From Lepidodermella squamata (taxonomy: Eukaryota; Animalia; Gastrotricha), in assembly GCA_047495785.1 (NCBI GenBank), contig JBLDXI010000040.1, forward strand, positions 248,001 to 312,000: a DNA stretch of 64,000 nt. The letters are read 5' to 3'. Positions 45,368 to 56,184 of the stretch are shown here, piece by piece. The notes beneath the pieces were generated by a model, which was not told the origin of the DNA, searched no databases, and was given only the letters and a program-made list of their open reading frames with translations. The translations under genes were made by a program, and so were the position numbers. Every line of letters starts with the position of its first letter. Position 1 is the stretch's first letter.

Positions 45368-46489
45368 TCAAAATTCGCTAGAGTACGACGCAATGCTCGG
45401 CGCAACTGGAACAGATACAATCGGCTGTTCTTCGATAAGTCGCGGCGACAGCAATGGAAGTGACGTATGCATCGCCGAAGAGTCGTAAACAGGGCCTGAA
45501 CTTTCCGTCTCAAGAACGCGAACAACATCCTCCTGATTACGTTCTCTGGCTAAATCCAACGGAGTTTTCCCGTCCTTGTTCTCGGACTTTCTAAATTCAG
45601 GATTGCTCTCGAGAAGGAAAGCTACAACCCCAGGATGGCCCTCTTCGGCAGCTAAATGAACAGCCATATTGCCTTTCGTGAATTCCTGCGCGTAGATATC
45701 AGCCCCTTTTGAGACTAGAAACTTCACAACATTTAAATGGCCATTCGCTGCTGATTGAAGCAACGGAGTTCGGCCTTTAACGTCGTACGACTCAAGATAG
45801 GCCCGTTTCGACACCAAATACTCAACCACAGCAATTTGGCCATGGGACGCAGATCGTGTCAAAGGCGTATTGTTGTCCTTATCCGCATACATCAGCAAAT
45901 CCGGGTATTTTTCAGTCAGAAACATCACGCAATGCAGCCGGCCGTTATCTGCAGCTAGATGGACTGCTAACGAATTGGTCGCATCAATATGTTTGACATT
46001 CGCGTTCAGCTCATCAACCAGCAACCGAACCATACCAGGGTGTCCATTGATCGAGGCGTCGAAAAGTGGTGTTCTGTTGTTGTTTGATCGATCTGCATGG
46101 TTTGCTAGGTAGGCACGGCATGTTGGCGCTGGCAGGTCGTATCGCGTTAAAATATCCCGAGCTGCGATTAAATTGCCAGTTTTCGCCGCCGCGTGGAATA
46201 GCGTTGACTCGTTGGGTAATTTCTCGATTTTCCACATTTCAACCTTACGCCATGTTATGATTTGCGTCAAAACTTCCGCAGTTGTAAATGCTGGGGCAAT
46301 CACATCGAGAGGTTTTGTCAACAAATCTCCAGCCGACCAGCCTTTTTCTAAAAAAAATACAAAAAATAAGGGTAATTAAGGTAGATTTTTTAATTACTTT
46401 TCAAAATTGTGTAAATCAACTGCTTGTTGCGGTCGTCGATTTCCGAACAGCCGCGGATCAAGTCGTACGATTCTGGATCCGAAGGCATT
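45368..46489 (-). CDS. Ankyrin-repeat protein with a putative SAM-like N-terminal domain (2 exons)
   Basis: Exon 1 46489-46399 (MPSDPESYDLIRGC...), GT-AG intron 46398-46348, exon 2 46347-45368 with about six ankyrin repeats. Confidence 0.88.
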
Positions 46490-46928
46490 CTAAATAATGA
46501 CTATAGTCTATATACCTAGCATGGAACTGGAAAAAATGGGCGTTCACGTGTCCATTTATGCTAGAGCATAGGCTTATCTCGGCGCATACAAGCGTAGAGT
46601 TCCTTATCTAAATTGGCCTGATGTTATCTGTTGTTGCGCGCGTTGCTATGGCGACGCGTCGCAAAATGGCTTCCCGGTGCATTTCCGCTCTAAAGAAGCC
46701 GCTGATGATTCATAACGATTTTTGATGGTCAGTTGAAGCTAGAAAAAAATTGTATCGATCAACATGTGTGTTATTCAATACCCTTACACAACGTTTTTCA
46801 TGTCATTCGATCTTCAAACGTTTTTTTCGAGCTGCACTTGAACACGGAAAAAATCGTCGCACTTATGATCGATTCAAGAATGTAACTGCGGTTAGCAGTG
46901 AAAATTTGCTAATTCTACCTCGAAAATC

Positions 46929-49556
46929 ATGAAATTTCTATGTAAAACGTGGAAAGTTCACCCTGTTGGCAACGAGCCGGCAACCATTGACGTAGCCTGG
47001 CGGGATTATCGGATGTTCGAAGCTGTGAATTCGACCACACCGCTAACCTCAATGCATCGCCTGAAGAAGAAACACTGCCATATAATAGCAATTAGTCTCG
47101 CTGTTGGGTTATTACTGCTTGTTCTGCTTATTTCTCTGATTTTAACGCTCAAACCAGGTTCGGCATCAATTCGGGACCAAACGGAGGATTCGAATGCTTC
47201 GACACCTATTTCTGCATCGCTGATTTCATCGAATGCATCTAGCTTGAACTCTTTCTTCAAGAAACATTTTGACTCTGATTTTGCGAGAAATGTTTCGCGT
47301 TCCAACTCAATTTCAAACTCAACCATACAAGAACCTACGATCAATGCGGTTTCGAACGTCACTAACACAACCCTGGCATTTGATAGGCTCTTCTCAGCAA
47401 TGATTCAGAAACTAGCTCAGGCGACACCTTTGGACTTTCACGAGATTCCTATCGAATGGGAAGATCTTACTAAGGAGGCATTCAACTTCAATCAAACTTC
47501 CAAACAATCAATTCAAGCCCGCAAAGATGAAGAAATCCCAGCTATGAAAGATTCATTCATAGCCAAGGTCTTGAGTGATTTAGATGAGAACGTTTCTACA
47601 ACTGCCAGCCCGAATCAAACGGCTCAGCTTGATGATTCTAAGGCCTCAGCTATTTCTACAACTGCCAGGCCGAAGAAGACGGCCCGAAGCGATGATTTCA
47701 ATAGCTCAGTTGTGCCGGAAATTCCTACCTCCAATATTGGTCTGCTCAAGAGAGCAGTAAACGCATTGAATGCGCCAACTCCAGTTTTCACGGATAATTC
47801 CTCCTTATCCATTGGGGAGATCACTGGACTTGGTATCGGTGGAGCTGCGGCTGCAGGAGCAGCTGGGACTATCGGAGCTTTCAGCTCATTCTTCAGCCCT
47901 AATTCCGATTCTTTTGGATCCCTGCCAAATGAAGTGATGGACGTAGAATTTCCAGACCCATTTTCTGAGCCGGTTGATCCAGCTTTTGACTCAACATCTA
48001 TGGACCCTATGTCAAGTCCAGGTCTCTCCCCGGGTATCGGCGGCGGCGGCGGAGGTGGAGCAGCCGGGGCTAGTTCTGCGTTTGCCTCAATATTCGGAGC
48101 TATCGGAGCAGCTATTTTCGGCGGAGTTGGCGGCGTTGCTGGGGCAGTCGGCTTTTCAGAATTTGCTTCGAGTTTCCAGGGCGCGAATGATACTAAGATC
48201 GACGTGTTCCCTCAAATCTCGACTACAGCGAGCCCTAGTACGAGTGCGAGAAAAATTCGCGAGGTCTCAACTACGGCAGTTAACGCGACCTATTCTCCGA
48301 CTGAACCAACCTTGCTGGATGTAACAACCGAATCCGCGAGATGGTTAACTACAGTAAAGAAAAATGCGACGAATGCAAGAAGTAACATCCACAACGTTAC
48401 CATCCCACGCCCTTATCCCATTAGAAATGAGTCCATGGAAGTTTCCAATGGCAATTTGACGGGGAATTTAACAGACAATATTAAGGAGGATTACGTAACA
48501 TCTAAACCTTTTCCAGTTAATTCAACGTTGATGGTGCTCAATTCTTCGAATTTTTCTGACTACAACAGCACATCAGTGCTTTTGAATATTCGGAATTTAA
48601 CGACAAATGTTAAGGAGGATTACACAGTATCTAAGACCTTACCGATTAATTCAACTTTGGCTTTCAATTTTTCGAATTTTTCTGACTACAACATTCGGAA
48701 TTCAACAGGAAAAGTTAAAGAGGATTACGCAGCGTCTAAGACTTTTCCGATTAATACAACGTTGACGCTCAATTCTTCGATTTTTTCTGACTACAACGAC
48801 ACATTAGTTCAAGTGAATTTGCCCAATTTAACTTGTTTTGATTTCGTCACCCGTTTAAGACAAATCTTGATCATTCCGCCGTCTCATCGCCTCGCTTTCG
48901 AGACACTGAACTCAACGGACAAAGTGTCCTGTCCTAACTCTCTTCAGGATATCTGCCTCAGTGGTTTGTTCATCTCCAGTATCGGCGCAAGATTTACTGG
49001 AAGAAGGAAAATTGTCAGTTTCACCGATTGGTTTCGCTTCAGACAAAGTTTATTACGAGACTCAGAGAAACGTCCAATTGTCATAAAGTTACCACTGGAT
49101 ACATGCTTCGAACTACAGCTGAATCTTACTAACTCACAACTTTCGAATCATTCAACTTTTCAAGATCAAAACATCTCTTTTGTCGAAAGAAATGAAGAAC
49201 GAGTAGTGAACAATTTGGAAAACGAAGACGATTCATGGAATGAGACTTGCAATGACATAACTTCGCGTTTTGAAGGCTATTTGATGATCCCATCAACTCA
49301 CCATATCGATTATGCAAAAACTGTATCCTCAAAGGCTATCAATGATACCATACTCTGTCGCGATAATCTGCGCAATTCTTGCTCTGAGGGCTTCAGAGTC
49401 GTTCCTAATGACGCCCGTCGATCTATTTATGGACAGAAAAAGGTCGTTGGCCTTAATGAATGGTACAGCCTGAAGTCCAACTTGGGCGATGACACAATTA
49501 TCTTCGTTAAGCTGCCATTTGAAGTATGCGTAGCTATTCTTCGAAATCTAGCGTAG
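46929..49556 (+). CDS. Single-exon type II membrane, mucin-like protein with internal repeats and a duplicated Cys-containing C-terminal domain
   Basis: 875 aa. TM IIAISLAVGLLLLVLLISLILTL, many NxS/T sites, Gly/Ala-rich segments, three KEDY..SK..P.N.T..N.S.FSDYN repeats and two C..IP..H..C..L..C..G..K.V...W..KLP...C domains. Confidence 0.75.
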   Translation: MKFLCKTWKVHPVGNEPATIDVAWRDYRMFEAVNSTTPLTSMHRLKKKHCHIIAISLAVGLLLLVLLISLILTLKPGSASIRDQTEDSNASTPISASLISSNASSLNSFFKKHFDSDFARNVSRSNSISNSTIQEPTINAVSNVTNTTLAFDRLFSAMIQKLAQATPLDFHEIPIEWEDLTKEAFNFNQTSKQSIQARKDEEIPAMKDSFIAKVLSDLDENVSTTASPNQTAQLDDSKASAISTTARPKKTARSDDFNSSVVPEIPTSNIGLLKRAVNALNAPTPVFTDNSSLSIGEITGLGIGGAAAAGAAGTIGAFSSFFSPNSDSFGSLPNEVMDVEFPDPFSEPVDPAFDSTSMDPMSSPGLSPGIGGGGGGGAAGASSAFASIFGAIGAAIFGGVGGVAGAVGFSEFASSFQGANDTKIDVFPQISTTASPSTSARKIREVSTTAVNATYSPTEPTLLDVTTESARWLTTVKKNATNARSNIHNVTIPRPYPIRNESMEVSNGNLTGNLTDNIKEDYVTSKPFPVNSTLMVLNSSNFSDYNSTSVLLNIRNLTTNVKEDYTVSKTLPINSTLAFNFSNFSDYNIRNSTGKVKEDYAASKTFPINTTLTLNSSIFSDYNDTLVQVNLPNLTCFDFVTRLRQILIIPPSHRLAFETLNSTDKVSCPNSLQDICLSGLFISSIGARFTGRRKIVSFTDWFRFRQSLLRDSEKRPIVIKLPLDTCFELQLNLTNSQLSNHSTFQDQNISFVERNEERVVNNLENEDDSWNETCNDITSRFEGYLMIPSTHHIDYAKTVSSKAINDTILCRDNLRNSCSEGFRVVPNDARRSIYGQKKVVGLNEWYSLKSNLGDDTIIFVKLPFEVCVAILRNLA

Positions 49557-50077
49557 TATAGCAGTAATTACGTGGTCACCGCGTCCTGTTTCGTGATTAT
49601 TAGCGTGAAATAAATGTTTTTAAGCGTAGTGAAATTCCAAAGGCTTCTTTCGGTGCCAAATCAGCAGCTATTTAGTCTGATAATCAATGACGTTAGTGGG
49701 CAGTGACAGACGTGTGAGCTGCTTATCGCGCGTGCCTTGCCGCATCGATTTTTCGCCAAGGGATAGCAAGTATTTAGTAGGCTCGGAAACGGGTGCAGCT
49801 TCTAGAGCAATTTTTTCGCACTTAACGAAAAAACAGGTATTTCCGTCTCAAAATATAACAACATGCCCTATCATCAAAAACTGCTAAGTTGGCGCACGAA
49901 ACTGGCTGATTACATCATGGCGAAGCTTGAAGAAGCTGTCGAGATTATCAAGTCGCTGCTGCAATGGTCAGCTATCTCAAAAAGCTGCGAAATGCTGAGC
50001 GAAGATACTGTAATGGACGTTGCTCGACTTCAAATAGTTTTCAATTCAGAATAGATCGGGAATTTATTCAAATAAAG

Positions 50078-51637
50078 TCATTTGTTACAAATACTTTGTT
50101 TTGCTATCATCAACAAGTCATTTTCGGAAGTTTCTTCCGGCCGATGCGAATTATTGCATAAAACGAAAAATTCGCCAATTATTACAGGAACCCTTGAATC
50201 CGGGAATTGGATCAAAATTTGCAATTTCGGTTGCATTGAACCAAGATTCGTCCTGCAGTATTCCTTTCGACTTTGGTACGAAATATCCATGTTCACTTCC
50301 ATTTTCAAAAATCGCTCTGAAGAGATTTCGAACAGGTCGAATTCAGAATTGGTGCTTTCAGCGAAAAATCGAACTTTCGCTTCGTAGGAAAATAACGGGA
50401 AAATAACGTTGTTGTACGAAAACTGCGCTTTCGCTTGAAGATCTTGTATAACTTCGAATTTTTCATCTGGCTTAATGACACATGTGAATTTTACGCGATT
50501 GAGTGACGTCATAGACAAATCGATAAACCCCGCAGCTTGATTCAAATAGGTCGAATTTTCAAACGTGCAGCTTTGAAAATAATCCCTAGCATCTTCGATG
50601 TAATATTCAGCAATTACATGTCTGTCATTCAGGCAGCGAAGTGCCTTATTTTCGTTCATAACAACAAGTTCATCCGAATGTTGAGGGTTGGAAAAACTTC
50701 GATAATCACCGATTGCTTTGTCGTAAAATTCCCACTCAACTTGAGATGTATGGTCGTTGTAGCATTGAAGCGTTACCCTTTTTGACAGACTAGCAACCCG
50801 CAAACGCGTGTTGCCATATTTCCCAGAATCCGAGCCACATCGCCACCATTCCAAATCGTGCATTCTGTTGATATCTCCAGGTCGACAAACCAGCTCGTTG
50901 TATCGACGCAATTTCGAAGATTGATACAAAAATGGGGAACAGTTTTTCGCGCAGCCAGCCCTTAGATTTGCATAAATATCGCGATAAGTGCTGTTTTCAT
51001 TCAACTCATCGCGTATGTCTCGATCGAAAATCATTGTTTTCCCCCGATCAAACTTTTTTGGGTAGGACATTTTTAGCTTCGTTTGATGGATTGTGATTCC
51101 ACGCGTTGTATTGGCGAAATTTTCGCAATTTGCGAACTTGGGAATTATCCTTTGAATGTCGGCTGTAGAATTGGCTTCTGGGAAGCCTAGAAATAACGCA
51201 TTGATAGGATTTTGTTCGCTTGTTGGTAAACTGAAAACAATGATCCTCCCGCCTTCATACCAAGATGTCCGTGCAGGTCTATAAAAGAAAGAGTTTCCCT
51301 GGAATCCGCATTCTTTGAATAAAATCGAAAGAAAGCCAGCGCCAGTTATCGAAATTGAAGGAACGTGATTCCTGTTCGCGTAACTCGATAATATAACAGA
51401 ACCATTCGCAATAAATGAGAAGTCCGTTGAATTTCGGATGACCAAATCCAATTGGACCGTGAAAAAATCATCCAGGCAAAGATAGCCGCAATGGTAGAAC
51501 AAGAAAGCTAAAGCCGATGGTTGAAGCGAGCCGTCGGTGAGCGAAATATCGAGTTTCATAGTCCAATCTTCGAGAATGAAGCCGGCCCTCACATTCAAGG
51601 CATGGAGTACAACAAAAATACTCAAAAAACACCACAT
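50078..51637 (-). CDS. Secreted orphan protein (single exon, Cys-containing)
   Basis: 519-aa ORF with signal peptide MWCFLSIFVVLHALNVRAG; no family recognised. Confidence 0.7.
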   Translation of the reverse strand: MWCFLSIFVVLHALNVRAGFILEDWTMKLDISLTDGSLQPSALAFLFYHCGYLCLDDFFTVQLDLVIRNSTDFSFIANGSVILSSYANRNHVPSISITGAGFLSILFKECGFQGNSFFYRPARTSWYEGGRIIVFSLPTSEQNPINALFLGFPEANSTADIQRIIPKFANCENFANTTRGITIHQTKLKMSYPKKFDRGKTMIFDRDIRDELNENSTYRDIYANLRAGCAKNCSPFLYQSSKLRRYNELVCRPGDINRMHDLEWWRCGSDSGKYGNTRLRVASLSKRVTLQCYNDHTSQVEWEFYDKAIGDYRSFSNPQHSDELVVMNENKALRCLNDRHVIAEYYIEDARDYFQSCTFENSTYLNQAAGFIDLSMTSLNRVKFTCVIKPDEKFEVIQDLQAKAQFSYNNVIFPLFSYEAKVRFFAESTNSEFDLFEISSERFLKMEVNMDISYQSRKEYCRTNLGSMQPKLQILIQFPDSRVPVIIGEFFVLCNNSHRPEETSENDLLMIAKQSICNK

Positions 51638-51700
51638 TTTTATTTACCCGAAGAAAAATCACCTGAAAGCTGTAAAAATGATATTTTTAAGGAGGATTTT

Positions 51701-52825
51701 TCAATAATTTGTTGCTTTGTTGTAGTAATAAGCTGAGAAACCGAGCTCAAATATAATGGCGCTTGTAAAGGCGATCATGTCGATAAAATGGCAGAAGCGC
51801 ATCTGTTTTCGGAAAACGAGGCACATTTTAGCTTTCATAATGGTAGGGAAGCTTGATATAAGTTGGCACATTAGCGCGGCGTAGATGCAGCAAACTGCTG
51901 CGAAGAATGTACAGACAAGGATGTAGTCATAGGCGAGAACTGTGTTGGAAGACTTGGGCAATGTGGCTAAGATGTGGTCTTGAATGATGAAAATTGATAG
52001 TAGGATCGTGCAGGCGAAGGAAGCGCGATCAGGCGTGTCGGGCGGGATTAGGAAAGCAGCGAGAACCAACAAGCCTAAAATAACGTTAGGAATAAAGAAA
52101 TTTGTCATGTAGTACTCAGGTTTCCGCTTGATGGTTGAATACAAGTTGAACTCGGTGAAATTTGCGACAGGGGATGAATAGGTCGTAATATTGGCAACGC
52201 CACTTGTTAGCGACCAAACCGAAGTAGTCGCCAAAACCTGCTCGAGGCTTACCCCACTAGCTTTTACAAATTGGGCGTATTGCACTGGGATGTTAAGCGT
52301 AATGGTTGCCCAGCAAGTTTGCTCGTCAAACGGGAAGTTGTAGAAATCCAAATCGCAGTAGGATTCGAAACGTCCAGCTAATATGTAGACGAAATTACCA
52401 CCTCGGACATCGATTACGATTTGGCGGCTGTAGCTATCATCGCCTAGGCCAATGCCTGCTAGCGAATTTCTGTGGACGATGGTAGGCCGCCAGAATCTAG
52501 TTGGATCTTCGTTGACCAACTCGTTAACATTGACTGGCCAGTCTGGATTGCTCGCGACAAATTGAGCAACGCATGGCACGTTCCACGCCATTTGAAATAG
52601 GCCGATAACTGCTGCAGATTCTGCCACGTCATCAATGCCGAGGATTCGGTCTAAGGCGAATTCTGCGGCTATTAGAGCAGGCTTGCCTTCTAATTCGAAC
52701 GGCGAGTTCACATTAGGGGCAATGTGGCAATTGTCTAGGAGTAAGCTGCCCAGATCAACTGATTGGCCACTAATCAATGAACTTAAGGTTATCAGAGCCA
52801 GATAAGATGTTAATTTAAATTCCAT
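51701..52825 (-). CDS. Intronless divergent Cys-loop ligand-gated ion channel subunit
   Basis: Signal peptide; ILGIDD and FWRPTI; Cys-loop CDLDFYNFPFDEQTC; KRKPEYY; M2 PPDTPDRASFACTILLS; very short M3-M4 loop. Confidence 0.92.
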   Translation of the reverse strand: MEFKLTSYLALITLSSLISGQSVDLGSLLLDNCHIAPNVNSPFELEGKPALIAAEFALDRILGIDDVAESAAVIGLFQMAWNVPCVAQFVASNPDWPVNVNELVNEDPTRFWRPTIVHRNSLAGIGLGDDSYSRQIVIDVRGGNFVYILAGRFESYCDLDFYNFPFDEQTCWATITLNIPVQYAQFVKASGVSLEQVLATTSVWSLTSGVANITTYSSPVANFTEFNLYSTIKRKPEYYMTNFFIPNVILGLLVLAAFLIPPDTPDRASFACTILLSIFIIQDHILATLPKSSNTVLAYDYILVCTFFAAVCCIYAALMCQLISSFPTIMKAKMCLVFRKQMRFCHFIDMIAFTSAIIFELGFSAYYYNKATNY

Positions 52826-53571
52826 GTCTGATTTCAGTATTAATACGAATAACTTGCTTTTCTGATGTAAGAGCCGTAATGTATAAACACGGGTTTAACG
52901 TTAGATTTATTTGAACAGATGCGGACGCAACTGGCCTGTTTTTTGACAGTAAGCTATACATGCCAATGTTTACTGCAGAATATGCGATATGTCGGCGAAC
53001 ATTGATATTCACTGCCTTAAGAGAGGAAAAGAAGAGAGGAAACCTAAAAACTGTGTCAAGGTGTGAATTCGTCACCGTCCATATTTTATAGGGCACACAG
53101 AATCAAGGTCGAAATGGTACGGTGGGGAAATACTAAATGAAGTAGGATTCTCGATGTGTGAAGGGGGTTTAGCCATTAGCCATTGACCATTGACCCTGTG
53201 GTTCTGGAGTTTTCTTACCTGGAACTCTCGAAGTGGGGGGAAGGGGGGTACGGTAGGGGTACGGAACCCCCTTCCGCACCCCTGGTACTTCGCACACTGA
53301 CTCAAAGGCGCATCACCATAACCTATTAGTGAAATTATAATTAAGGATTATACCTGCCTATTAGGACTATAAACTTTCTTGAGGACGTGGTTGGATCTCA
53401 ATCAAATTGCATCTCAAATAGGCCCCGGAAATATCAATGTTCCGTGCTGTCTTGTTTTTCAGATGGCATGACTCTGAGAATAAAATGTCTCGAGTATATA
53501 GCTACCTAATTAGTGCTTGAGAGCATGGAATATTCCTTGCACATCACAACACTGTACTATCACTTAAAAGC

Positions 53572-56184
53572 ATGCTCACCTTATTCCGAATAGCAATTCT
53601 ATGCATGCTCGACCTAGCTGCTCTGGGAGCAGACGTAAATATGAGATTTTTGGCTTTTGTTCCGTCAACGGGCAATGCACCTCGTCGAGGAGACATGTGC
53701 CAAGCTGCTATGCAAGTCGCAATAGACGCTCTCAATCGAAGTCCTGACTATCTGCCCGATTACTACATTGAGACTCAGTTTCAAGATGAGGGAGACAAAA
53801 GCATCCTAGCGATAAACGAAACTTTTCAGTTCGGTCAAAGCGAAACAGTGGATTCTCCGATTTCGCCATTGATTGTTGGCCCATATTTCTCGGTAGGAAA
53901 GCTCATATTCCAAATTCCAGTGTTCCGATTACGGTTGGAAGGGAGAGAACGAACCTCTCCTACCTGTTCTTCGAAATTTTCGAGTTTCGCGAACAAATTG
54001 AATTATGATTAGCAAATGTTGGGCTCAAAAATGCTCAGTTTACCCCTCTGAGAGCGGGACCAAGTCGGAACACTGGAAATTTCCATAAAACTCAATAAAC
54101 CTAGTTTAAAATCGGTTAGCAAAATTGAGAATTAAATTATTTTCAATGCTTCGGTAAATTTTGAAGAATTTTCTAATGATTGGCAAATTTTGCAGCAAGG
54201 GTGCCAGCATATGAGTTCTGTCATGGAGAACCTTGACATGGTAGCAGTGCCAACAAGTTGCATGGACTCGTCATCTGATGGACACGAAGATATATCGCAG
54301 AAAAACGTCTTCCGTTCAAAGCCACTTCTGTCCCTTACATCCAATCTCCTCGCCGCTTTCGTCGCTAACATTGGCAAATGGCGGAATGTAACTCTGATAG
54401 GAAGCATGGATACAAATCAAGAAAGCCAAGACCTTATCGCTCTAGGAAAGATGTTGAATAATAATGGAGTTCGACTGCGAGTTCTGGATGCTATCACAGA
54501 TTTCACGCTACCACGAGTTGTTAGTTCATTGAAGGCTAGTGAATTTAGGATAATCGTTCTAGCTTTGACGGAAGTTCGCGACATCTTGGACTTTCTCTGC
54601 GAGGCCTATAGCAATGGCATTCATGGGCAGAGATTCGTCTTTATCGCTCTGTCGTCCGGAATTTTCGACCCAGAAACAGACATAACTGGCAATTATTCAG
54701 AAAGCTGTACCGCGGAGATGTTGCGGTCTCAACTGGAGCGAATTTATTGGGTCGGCGAATTCATGTTCCCGCGTCAAAATTACAGCCGTAATTTTCTAGG
54801 CTATGATTTGCTTGACTTTGAGGAGGCCTTTCAAAACCTAACGAAAGGCGAGAAAAGCCCTGGATACATCGAGCGATTCATGTGCCACGACGCTATGCTG
54901 CAATCGATTCAGATTTTAGATCAAGCTGATAGAGACTTGAGACTAATGAACGAATCATTACTCAGCCACTATTCCAAGCCAAAATTGGTCAAGAAAATCC
55001 TCATCAAAACTGCTATGGCTAGTGAGTATCAAAGCCTTAGAGTTGGGAAGAAGCGTTACTCGCAGCGGCTGGAATTTGACGACGAATTGATGAGCGTCTA
55101 CCGATGGAACCGGGATTCTGGGTTCGTTCTGCTGTTCACGGCTAAACGTAATCAATCGAAAAACATTTCCGACATCTCAAGCTGGAATTTTCGTCAGGTC
55201 ACAGAAATTCCACTAGAGGAACATAAGGAATTTCCTGATACATTCTACGTCACATACGAGCGGGAGATCTACCTTAGATTACTTGAAGCCGGGTCATCGC
55301 TAAGCGGATTGTTCCACGTTTCCCTAATGATATACTCATTTTTCGACCGGAATCGATGGGGCAAATTGCATGACCTTGCAATTTTGACCGGTTCCCTTTT
55401 CATCGACTTTTCCATTCCGTTCTACCTCGAGAACAAACGGGATACTACATGGGACGATTTCCTCTGTATGCAGCACTTTGCTTTTGCCGTTATCGGATTT
55501 TCAATTGTAAACGGGCTTATAGCTGCGAGAAGTGTTGTCCTGTATTACGCGATTCGCAAATTCGATAGGCTCATGAAGCGTAAAACCCGCGACAAGTCGC
55601 GAAATCGGTTGTCTACCTTTACGACTCAGCGTTCATCTCTCGCCCTTCAAAGCGAATCTAGGAAAGAGGTGAAATCGGTCTTCAAGCTCGCGAGAATATT
55701 CGTATTGAGTAATTTGATAGTAGTAGCAATCTGGGCTATCTACGATCCTGTTCGTGCTTTCCAAGTTGTTGTCGCTCAGTCGTACGATGAGTCACTTGAT
55801 GCGCATATCATTTTCGAATATTCCGACTGCGAAGGCGGTACCGAGCTGGCATTCCTCGGTGCGTTCGCTTGTTATCATCTTACTGCACTAACAATTGGCC
55901 TGATCATGACGTATTTGACTCGTAAGTCTCGTGCGAAAGCTGAGTGCTACTTTGCCCACGCTAGAACGTACGGAATTGCGATTTTGAACAGTTCAGTGCT
56001 GTTCGTAGCGATTTGCATGATTCAGGCCATAGTTCGTGATCATCCTCATGAGGCATTCATTATGGCAGCTGTCTATCTACCGTACACAATATCGACTAGC
56101 ATCGCCGTTTTTTGGACTAAATTAACCGGTTTATTCGATAAAATTACCCTGTTGATAGTACCAACGAGAAAAACACAACATTGA
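53572..56184 (+). CDS. Class C GPCR, GABA-B-receptor-like (Venus flytrap plus 7TM), divergent
   Basis: Signal peptide; QAAMQVAIDALNRSPDYLPDY, IVGPYFS and RIIVL; seven hydrophobic segments with WAIYDP and a conserved Cys. One intron 53893-54195 splices in frame. Confidence 0.85.

Noticed and set aside
49551-49610. tRNA-like start GCGTAGTATAGCAGTAATTACG
   Set aside because: No T-arm or B-box and no acceptor stem; it overlaps the stop of the 875-aa ORF.
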